A stretch of DNA of 64,000 nucleotides from positions 4,264-68,263 of the forward strand of contig MGJB01000015.1 of NCBI GenBank assembly GCA_001794055.1. The letters are read 5' to 3'. The DNA is from Candidatus Yanofskybacteria bacterium RIFCSPHIGHO2_01_FULL_41_26. Lineage in GTDB: Bacteria > Patescibacteriota > Minisyncoccia > 2-02-FULL-40-12 > GWA2-44-9. The notes beneath the pieces are model-generated. The model did not search any database, was not told the DNA's origin, and saw only the letters and a list, made by a program, of their open reading frames with translations. Made by a program: the position numbers and the translations under genes. Below, piece after piece: positions 56,795 through 64,000 of the stretch; the stretch's first letter is position 1, and the number at the start of each line of letters is the position of its first letter.

Positions 56795-58540
56795 GTGAAA
56801 AACACATTAAACAATAAAGAAATAACCTACTTTCTATATTGCCGAAAGTCTACAGATGAAAAAGATAGACAGGTTTTAAGTTTAGACTCTCAAGAATCAG
56901 AGTCTCTAAAGAGATTTACCGACTTGAAGATTAAAAAATTGCCCAGAGAATCTGTGAGTGCCTTTGAGCCATACAAGCGACCAGTTTTTGCGGATATGAT
57001 TGAGCGCATTAAAAAAGGAGAAGCCCAAGGTATTGTTGCCTGGCATCCTGACCGACTTTCCCGAAATCCTATTGAGGCTGCCCAAATCATCTATTTACTG
57101 GACATAGGAGTCTTAAAGGATTTGAAATTTTGTAATTATTACTTTGACAATTCACCAGAAGGTAAAATGATGCTCCAAATTACTTTATCTCAATCAAAAT
57201 ACTCTTCAGATAAGTTAAGCGGAGATGTTAAGAGGGGTATAGATAAAAAGGTTGACCTTGGGTGGCGACCAGGATTAGCCCCATTAGGATATCTCAACAG
57301 CAAAACCCAAGCCAAAGGAGAACAGTTTGTCTATAATGACCCTTTGAGATTCGAGACTGTTAAGAAAGTCCTCAAGACAATGCTCACTGGTAATTTTACT
57401 GCTCCGAAGCTACTCAAGTATGCTAATGACGAACTTTGCTTGCGTCTTCCAGCGACTAAAAAGCGCCCCGAAAGAAAGTTAAGAATCAGCCACCTTTATC
57501 GAATTCTAACTAACCCATTTTACTATGGCTGGTATGAGTGGGTAGCAGGTAGTGGTAACTGGGTTCAAGGCAAGCACGAGGCAATGATTACAGAAGCAGA
57601 ATTTGACCGCATACAATTTCTGTTGGGCAGAAAAGGTAGACCACGCCCCAAAACCCATAAATTCGCTTTTACGGGCATTATGAAGTGCTCTTGTGGGGCA
57701 GGCATCACTGCGGAGGAAAAGTTTAAGAGGCAAAAGAATGGAAATACCCACCACTATATCTACTATCATTGTACCAGAAAAGTTAATCCCGAATGTATTG
57801 AAAAAGCAGTTGAATTAAAGGAATTAACAAGGCAGGTGAATGTCATTCTTGGTAGATTTACAATATCTGACCGTTTTCAGAAATGGGCGTTAAAGTATCT
57901 GCACGAATTAAGAAAAAAGGAAGCTACCGTCAGAGAGCAATCTATTAGTGCCAAGCATCGAGAGTACGAGAGGATAACGACTCAACTAGATAATTTAGTC
58001 TTAAAATATACATCGCCAGACAACGAGGATGGAAGGATTTTAAGCAATGAAGAATACGTGCCACTCCGTTCTAGGCTACTCAAATATAAATCGGGGTTAG
58101 CCTCAGAATTAGCCCAGCAAGATAAGAAAATTGAGGAATGGGTAGAGTTAACCGAACGAACTTTCAACTTTGCCCGCTACGCCAAGATTTGGTTCGCCAA
58201 AGGAGACTTGGAAACCAAGAAAGCCATATTTTCGTGTTTGGGTTCGGACTTCTTACTAAAAGACCGAAAAGTCGCAGTTAGTATGAGAAAACCTATCAGT
58301 TTTATCTTTGACGGACTTCCGAAAATACAAACTGAACTACAAAGGTTAGAACCTCTTGGAAATGAGATAAACATTAGGGATATTGAAATTTTCTCTCAAC
58401 AATTTCCCATCATGAGCGGGATACGAGAATCGGACTCGTGTCTCAACCTTGGGAAGGTCGCGTATTACCACTATACGAATCCCGCGTTAATACCCAAGCA
58501 CATACCAAAACCATTTTTTATAGTTTGGCATTTTGCTTAA
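56795..58540 (+). CDS. Large serine recombinase/integrase
   Basis: Catalytic YCRKST, DRLSRN, recombinase domain APLGY, Zn ribbon CSCG...YYHC, coiled coil; last ~40 aa are antisense tRNA and flank. Confidence 0.95.
   Translation: MKNTLNNKEITYFLYCRKSTDEKDRQVLSLDSQESESLKRFTDLKIKKLPRESVSAFEPYKRPVFADMIERIKKGEAQGIVAWHPDRLSRNPIEAAQIIYLLDIGVLKDLKFCNYYFDNSPEGKMMLQITLSQSKYSSDKLSGDVKRGIDKKVDLGWRPGLAPLGYLNSKTQAKGEQFVYNDPLRFETVKKVLKTMLTGNFTAPKLLKYANDELCLRLPATKKRPERKLRISHLYRILTNPFYYGWYEWVAGSGNWVQGKHEAMITEAEFDRIQFLLGRKGRPRPKTHKFAFTGIMKCSCGAGITAEEKFKRQKNGNTHHYIYYHCTRKVNPECIEKAVELKELTRQVNVILGRFTISDRFQKWALKYLHELRKKEATVREQSISAKHREYERITTQLDNLVLKYTSPDNEDGRILSNEEYVPLRSRLLKYKSGLASELAQQDKKIEEWVELTERTFNFARYAKIWFAKGDLETKKAIFSCLGSDFLLKDRKVAVSMRKPISFIFDGLPKIQTELQRLEPLGNEINIRDIEIFSQQFPIMSGIRESDSCLNLGKVAYYHYTNPALIPKHIPKPFFIVWHFA
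58415..58485 (-). tRNA. tRNA-Gly(CCC), integration target
   Basis: GCGGGAT/ATCCCGC acceptor, loop TTCCCAA, U discriminator, no encoded CCA. Confidence 0.92.
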
Positions 58541-58858
58541 CAGCTCTTCAAAATTTATTGGATCAGATTCTTTTTTCACATTCTTATCTCTATATACAAA
58601 AACCACTTCCTCGCCTTGGACTTTATAATTTAACTTCAAACGGGCTTCTTTTTCAAGGAAAGCCGGAGTTTGAAAATAATTCAAAAATTTATTAAGATAG
58701 TCGGTATCGTTTTGAACTTCTTTTATCTTGGTTTCGATATTTTTAACTTCGCCATCAATCATGCTCCTTTGAGAACCAATATTTATCGAGGAAAGGGTCA
58801 GCCACAAAACAAGAATACCGGACAAAACAGTAAATATTTTGGAATTTAGAAATTTCAT
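58487..58858 (-). CDS. Septum formation initiator family (FtsB/DivIC-like)
   Basis: TM, coiled coil, LEKEARLKLNY...GEEVV. Confidence 0.8.
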   Translation of the reverse strand: MKFLNSKIFTVLSGILVLWLTLSSINIGSQRSMIDGEVKNIETKIKEVQNDTDYLNKFLNYFQTPAFLEKEARLKLNYKVQGEEVVFVYRDKNVKKESDPINFEELLSKMPNYKKWFWYVLGY

Positions 58859-58941
58859 GCTAACATTCTAACATGTTAAATCGAAAAACAATTAGAATAA
58901 TTTGGATACTTATATCAATCTTGGTTTCCTTGTCCATGGTC

Positions 58942-59216
58942 GGATTCCTCCTCGTCCCAGCATTTTATTAAGTATAACAAAAACTTCTCGGCCATACAGA
59001 TCAAGCTCCACCCCTCCCCATTTCCGACCTATTGCCTGCGCCTTCGGTCTCCTTCGGACAAAGAAGCGAAATTACCATTATGGCGAAGCGCTCATGGTAA
59101 TTTCCGTACATCCGTCAGCTCTTTTGTCGTATCGCGAAGATGTGATGAAGATGGGGGTTGGATGGGAGCGAAATATGAAACGGGGCTGAAACAAGATGCT
59201 GGGCGGAGCAAAATCC
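58942..59216 (-). repeat. Structured dispersed repeat, family B copy 2, abutting the lepA stop
   Basis: cccagcatttt/aagatgctggg arms; 59025-59060 matches 25856-25891 inverted. Confidence 0.78.
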
Positions 59217-61015
59217 TACCTCTTCAACATCTTCAGAAAAACATCCTGGCCCAGATTGACTCGGCCGGTTTCTTTCATGCGTTCTTTGCCCCGTTTCTGC
59301 TTCTTCCACAATTTCATCCGACGGGTAATGTCGCCACCATACATGTGCTGGGTAACGTCTTTTTGTTTCGCCCGGATTGATTCGGCAGCAATAACCTTGC
59401 CGCCGATAGCCGCTTGGATGGAAACCTCGAACATCTGCGGCGGTACCACTTCTTTTAATTTTGTGACCATAGCCCGGCCTTCCTGGTAGGCCTTTTCTTT
59501 CGGAATTATTCTTGAAAACGGCTCCACCATATCTTTGGCTATCAAAATATCAAGCCGGATCAAGTCGCCTTCCTGCATATTTTTTGGTTCATAACTCATT
59601 GAAGCATATCCGGAAGAGACGCTTTTAAGTTTGTCGTAAAAATCAGTAATAACTTCTGACAAAGGCATCTCATATTTCAATAAAGCTGTTTCCTTACCCA
59701 AGTAGTCCGTTCCTTTATACACGTTTCTAAGGGTGGATATAAGTTCCATAACGCTACCCATATAAATGGTTGGCGTGAGTACTTCAAGAAAAACTATCGG
59801 CTCAGCGATTGATTTAATTCCAGAAAAATCAGGAAGCATTGAAGCAGAACGGACTTTTAATTCTTCACTATTCTGCATTCTCACGGCATATTCCACAGAT
59901 GGAGAAGAAATTATGAGAGAAAGACCAAATTCTCTTTTCAAGCGTTCGGAAATTATTTCCACATGAAGCATGCCCAAGAAACCAAGACGAAATCCCCGCC
60001 CCAATCCGACGGATGACTCCGGTTCATAAATTAAAGAGGCATCGGTTAATTTAAGTTTACTTAAAGCATCTTTTAATAAATCATGGTCCTCGCTTTTTTC
60101 GGGAAAGAAACTGGCAAAAACCATCGGCCGCGGTTCTTTATATCCCGGCAACGGCTTAAATTCCTTATACAAGGTTAAACCTTGTAAATTAGTCACGGTA
60201 TCTCCAACACGAATCTGTCCCGGATCTTTCAATCCGGTGGCAATATAACCAATCTCCCCCGATGACATGCCAATGTCCGAAGCAGTAAGATTAGGAGAGA
60301 AATAACCAGTCTCAAGAACATCGATTTTTACTTTAGTGGCAAAGGCCATTATTTTGTCTCCTTTTTTTATTGAGCCCTCAAACACTCTGACAAAAGCAAT
60401 GACGCCTTTATAAGCATCAAAAGTGGAGTCAAAAATTAAAGCTTTCAAAATATTTGGAGGTTGAACCTCTTTCGGAGGTTCAACCTCCGTAACGATTCTT
60501 TCCAAAACTTGTTCAACATTAGTTCCATTTTTTGCGGAAACCTCCAAAACATCTTCAGGTTCAATGGCTAATAAATATGCTAATTCTTCTTTAACCTGTC
60601 CTGTTCTAGCATTTGGCAAATCAATCTTATTCAAAACAGGAATTATTTTCAGGCCCTGTTGTTGAGCCAAATGAAGATTAGCCAAAGTTTGAGCTTGGAC
60701 ACCCTTGGAAGCATCTACGAGCAATATTGCCCCCTCAACTGCTGCCAAAGAACGCGATACTTCATAAGAAAAATCCACATGCCCGGGAGTGTCAATCAAA
60801 TTTAGAGTATAGTCAGTAGAATGTAGTGAGTAGCGCATCCTGACCGGCTGAAGCTTGATAGTAATTCCCCTTTCTCTCTCCAATTCCATAGTGTCCAAAT
60901 ATTGCTCACGCATTTTTCTTTTCTCAACTGTTTTTGTCAATTCTAAAAATCTATCGGCAAGAGTCGACTTTCCATGGTCTACATGGGCAATTATACAAAA
61001 GTTTCTTATGTTCAT
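59216..61015 (-). CDS. lepA: Elongation factor 4 (LepA)
   Basis: IIAHVDHGKSTLADR, GFRLGFLGMLH, YGGDITR. Confidence 0.98.
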   Translation of the reverse strand: MNIRNFCIIAHVDHGKSTLADRFLELTKTVEKRKMREQYLDTMELERERGITIKLQPVRMRYSLHSTDYTLNLIDTPGHVDFSYEVSRSLAAVEGAILLVDASKGVQAQTLANLHLAQQQGLKIIPVLNKIDLPNARTGQVKEELAYLLAIEPEDVLEVSAKNGTNVEQVLERIVTEVEPPKEVQPPNILKALIFDSTFDAYKGVIAFVRVFEGSIKKGDKIMAFATKVKIDVLETGYFSPNLTASDIGMSSGEIGYIATGLKDPGQIRVGDTVTNLQGLTLYKEFKPLPGYKEPRPMVFASFFPEKSEDHDLLKDALSKLKLTDASLIYEPESSVGLGRGFRLGFLGMLHVEIISERLKREFGLSLIISSPSVEYAVRMQNSEELKVRSASMLPDFSGIKSIAEPIVFLEVLTPTIYMGSVMELISTLRNVYKGTDYLGKETALLKYEMPLSEVITDFYDKLKSVSSGYASMSYEPKNMQEGDLIRLDILIAKDMVEPFSRIIPKEKAYQEGRAMVTKLKEVVPPQMFEVSIQAAIGGKVIAAESIRAKQKDVTQHMYGGDITRRMKLWKKQKRGKERMKETGRVNLGQDVFLKMLKR

Positions 61016-61249
61016 TTAGTAAAAGGGCAGGTCCTGGTCTTTGGGTTTCTTTTTTATCTCCTCGAGTTTGTCTCTGCATTTTTTACAAAAGGCAAAGTGT
61101 TTATTGCTTTCAACAACCAAATCTCTCTCGAGTTTTTCATTTTTTTGTGCATCAGCCATATTCTCAAGAAAAGCTTCTGACAAATGGCCAGTTTCAAAAA
61201 TTCTTGAAGTGTCAATAATACCTGCTTTTTCTTCAATGCTCAAACGCAT
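61016..61249 (-). CDS. Small hypothetical protein with HxxxCxxC motif
   Basis: HL...H..FCKKC zinc-binding-like pattern; coupled between murJ and lepA. Confidence 0.6.
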   Translation of the reverse strand: MRLSIEEKAGIIDTSRIFETGHLSEAFLENMADAQKNEKLERDLVVESNKHFAFCKKCRDKLEEIKKKPKDQDLPFY

Positions 61250-62786
61250 TTTTTATCTTTCTTATTAAAAATTCCCTCTCGCCAATCTTCAAAATACTTG
61301 AGAAAACAGCAAAAGTCAATATGCCAATGAATGAAAGCGTAATTATCTGATACAAACTTCCGAGGAAATTCAGGTCAAAATTTATGAATATATCGGCTAG
61401 GGTCATGATAAGTATCATTATCACGCAGATGTAAAGTAATTTTAGTAAATAAATACCAATTTCTTTAAGAGGTAACGCTCTTAAATCATATTTCAAGAAA
61501 GCCAACAGAATTAGCGCATTCAGGATGCCGGCCAATGAAAAAGCCAAAGGTAAGGCAAATATACTAAGACTCGGGAACAAATACCGAGCAAAGAAAATAT
61601 TAGCCGCCACTCCGGCGATACTGGCTATCACAGGAGTAAGTGTTTTTTGCATGGCATAGAGAGATCTCGCCAAGAAAGGAATGATACTTTGGGCAACAAC
61701 TCCGAGCATGAAAAATCCAAGGACATTTCCAGTCAACTGCATATCTCTGGGTCCGAACAATCCCGAACCAAGAACAATTTGTATCAGGTCTGTTCTTAAA
61801 TACACCATCAAAAATGAGATGGGCAAGATAATGAACAAAATTTTTCGCAATGTTTTGTTGATCCTTTCCACAAATAGAGTTCTGTCCTCTTCAAGCGCCT
61901 GACGGGAAAGGGTCGGAAATGAAGCCACTGCCGTCGAAATGCCGACCAACGAAATCGGCAGATATTGAAAATTATTGGCAAAATTCAAAACTGCCACACT
62001 CCCTGCCGATATGGTAGTAGCCAAGGCATTTAATATCATCCAGTTGATTTGAACCGCCGCCAAGCCGATTGTTCTCGGAATCATCAATTTAAGAATCTTC
62101 CGCATTCCGGCATCACTAAATCCCCACACTTTTTTCCATTTAAAGCCAAGCCCTCTTAATGCCGGTAACTGAACGAGAAGGTGGAGCAAAACGCCAAAGA
62201 CCACACCTTCAGCCAAACCAAGCGGTCCGAATTTCGGAACTAGAAAAATAGCACCGAAAATTATCCCCAGATTGTACATTATTGGGGCAAGGGCATACGC
62301 CAAAAATCTGTGGAAGACCTGGAGAATCGAACCGATAACAACGCTTACAGACAGAATCATGGGGCTAAAAAGCATTACTCTAGTAAAAAGAATCGTAAGT
62401 TCTCTTTTCTCTGGAGAAAATCCCGGAGCGATAAGCCGAATAAGCCAAGGAGCAAACATAAACATCACTCCGGCTGTCATGGCCATAATAGCGACTAGAA
62501 TGTTAAGAAAATTATTGGCCAGATCCCATTCTTCACCATCTTTCTTTGACTGATATTCTATAAAAACAGGAATAAAAGCTGATGTCACAGCTCCGATAAT
62601 TAAAAGGTTGAAAATAAGATCAGGGATATTAAAAGAAACATAATAAACATCCAGCAAATCCGAGGCTCCAAAACGAGAAGCTAATATCCTGTCCCTCAAT
62701 ACCCCCAGAACCCTGGAAAGTAAACCTAAAAAGGCGAGCATCGTGCTCGCCCCCAGCAAGGTTTTAGATTGTCGAGTCAGTATCAT
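61233..62786 (-). CDS. murJ: Lipid II flippase MurJ (MviN)
   Basis: SRVLGVLRD, SAFIPVF, PIMYN, LP..LVG.S.A...FP.LS. Confidence 0.94.
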   Translation of the reverse strand: MILTRQSKTLLGASTMLAFLGLLSRVLGVLRDRILASRFGASDLLDVYYVSFNIPDLIFNLLIIGAVTSAFIPVFIEYQSKKDGEEWDLANNFLNILVAIMAMTAGVMFMFAPWLIRLIAPGFSPEKRELTILFTRVMLFSPMILSVSVVIGSILQVFHRFLAYALAPIMYNLGIIFGAIFLVPKFGPLGLAEGVVFGVLLHLLVQLPALRGLGFKWKKVWGFSDAGMRKILKLMIPRTIGLAAVQINWMILNALATTISAGSVAVLNFANNFQYLPISLVGISTAVASFPTLSRQALEEDRTLFVERINKTLRKILFIILPISFLMVYLRTDLIQIVLGSGLFGPRDMQLTGNVLGFFMLGVVAQSIIPFLARSLYAMQKTLTPVIASIAGVAANIFFARYLFPSLSIFALPLAFSLAGILNALILLAFLKYDLRALPLKEIGIYLLKLLYICVIMILIMTLADIFINFDLNFLGSLYQIITLSFIGILTFAVFSSILKIGEREFLIRKIKNAFEH

Positions 62787-64000
62787 CTCGGACTAATTAT
62801 CATGTCTTTTTCCAATGGTCCGTCATAGTAAGATTTACCATCCATATAAAATTTAAAGTCTTTGACATCCAAACCCGGCTGTTTTTGGATGTATAATTGA
62901 TAGTCCCGGCCAGATGAGGGGACCATGTATTCCAAATCTAGGGTCTTTGTCTCGCCCGGATTTATTATCATCCAGAAACCGTATTCTGTTTTGCCTGCTT
63001 CTTTATAAATGGTCACGCCAGTTTCCTTATCGGTGTAGCTTTCCTCCTCAAACTTAGAGAGATCTTCATCTTTTTTGAAACCGGATTCAGTGTAGTCTAT
63101 CAATGGCTTAAATTCCGGCCTTGAATTACCGGTCAAACCGGTAAATTCAGAATCTTCCGGAACCAAAACTCTTATATAGGTCGGGTTTTGCTTGTTATAG
63201 AATCCATACTCGCTATTTCCTCCATTGTGCGTGCGAGTTATAGAAACATCATGCTTTACATTTCCATTTTCGGTGGTAGTTTGCACTTTCAGGAATGAGT
63301 CCATGACTAGATCGGTTTTAGATCCTTTCACGTTGCTGAAAGTAACCATGAGATAATCCGAATCGATATTTTTTACTTGGCCGGAAAATCCTTTATCCAC
63401 CGAAAAACTTTCTAAATTAAGATCTCGGAAATACATCAGAATATCCTTCCTTTCCATGCTTGATACCAACAAATTAAAAATTTCCAGCCACTTGCTCGAC
63501 TCAGCCGAGTACAGCTTTTCCAGCATACGAGGCGCAAGATCCACGATTATCTGCTTAGGCTGTTTGCGGTCTCCCTTATACTCAACTTCTTCTTGAAGAG
63601 AGGAAAATAAATTGCCTGAATCCAGAGTCAAATCATATTTGGTCATTTCAACAGGGCCGACAATATCCAGAATCTGGGCAACAATCTGGGGATTGAAAGT
63701 TATCACCCCATCAACCTCATAACCGGCTTCTTTTTTGAAAAAGGTGGTTATTTTTCTGGCCGATGTGGGAAAATCAATAAACCAATTTGCGTCCCTCATT
63801 CCCCAATTCGGAGTGATATGTTGAAGTTGAATCGGTGGAACGATAAGCTCCTGAAGCTGGCCATCTAGATTATAAACATCGTCAACTTTTAAATCTTGGA
63901 GCTTTCCATCCTTGAATGTAACTACCCCATAAGTTCCCGGAAAACCGCCGGTCGGCCTTAACTCCGAAGGATTCTGGAATAATATCAAATATTTTTTTAT
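62783..64000 (-). CDS. DUF4012-like exported protein (5' end beyond the window)
   Basis: YLILFQNPSELRPTGGFPG, RDANWF.DFP.SA, QKQPG. Confidence 0.8.
   Translation of the reverse strand: MKKYLILFQNPSELRPTGGFPGTYGVVTFKDGKLQDLKVDDVYNLDGQLQELIVPPIQLQHITPNWGMRDANWFIDFPTSARKITTFFKKEAGYEVDGVITFNPQIVAQILDIVGPVEMTKYDLTLDSGNLFSSLQEEVEYKGDRKQPKQIIVDLAPRMLEKLYSAESSKWLEIFNLLVSSMERKDILMYFRDLNLESFSVDKGFSGQVKNIDSDYLMVTFSNVKGSKTDLVMDSFLKVQTTTENGNVKHDVSITRTHNGGNSEYGFYNKQNPTYIRVLVPEDSEFTGLTGNSRPEFKPLIDYTESGFKKDEDLSKFEEESYTDKETGVTIYKEAGKTEYGFWMIINPGETKTLDLEYMVPSSGRDYQLYIQKQPGLDVKDFKFYMDGKSYYDGPLEKDMIISPR

Larger units (their letters stand above)
50996..58423. mobile_element. ~7.4 kb integrative element with large serine recombinase, inserted at the tRNA-Gly(CCC) 3' end
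   Basis: 10-bp direct repeat GAGCGGGATA at 50996-51005 and 58414-58423; integrase abuts the tRNA; defence-type cargo. Confidence 0.85.

Noticed and set aside
50996-58423. Prophage call for the tRNA-Gly element
   Set aside because: No recognisable capsid, terminase, tail, primase or conjugation genes; called an integrative element only.
58902-59489. Short ORFs at 58902-59489
   Set aside because: They run through the family B palindromic element or are antisense to lepA.

Overview
AT-rich chromosomal window from a Patescibacteria/CPR (Parcubacteria-like) bacterium; this assignment is inferred from rpmD missing between rpsE and rplO, SD-less core genes and CPR-type hypothetical proteins. Bases 1-17.8 kb hold the str/S10/spc ribosomal cluster (minus strand), interrupted by accessory inserts. 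Housekeeping genes follow: rpmB, ndk, comEC, nrdJ, ftsZ/A, ybeY, rpsU, hisS, lepB, pth, two LemA-TPM modules, ftsEX, prfB, ftsH, lepA, murJ and four tRNAs. Main observations: (1) a ~7.4 kb large-serine-recombinase element at the 3' end of tRNA-Gly(CCC), whose att core lies in-frame inside the integrase gene, with two alternative integrase tails at the left junction; (2) its cargo, a Pycsar-like operon with two different class III cyclases flanking one TM effector; (3) a cassette-like array between rpsJ and rplC with a synonymously recoded second copy of the rpsJ 3' end and repeated structured spacers; (4) Cyc2-like cytochrome-porin and TonB genes in a lineage generally considered to lack an outer membrane; (5) dispersed structured repeats abutting stop codons and small palindromes sitting in-frame in essential genes; (6) an RF2 lacking domain 1. 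All calls come from reading the sequence by eye; no searches were run.
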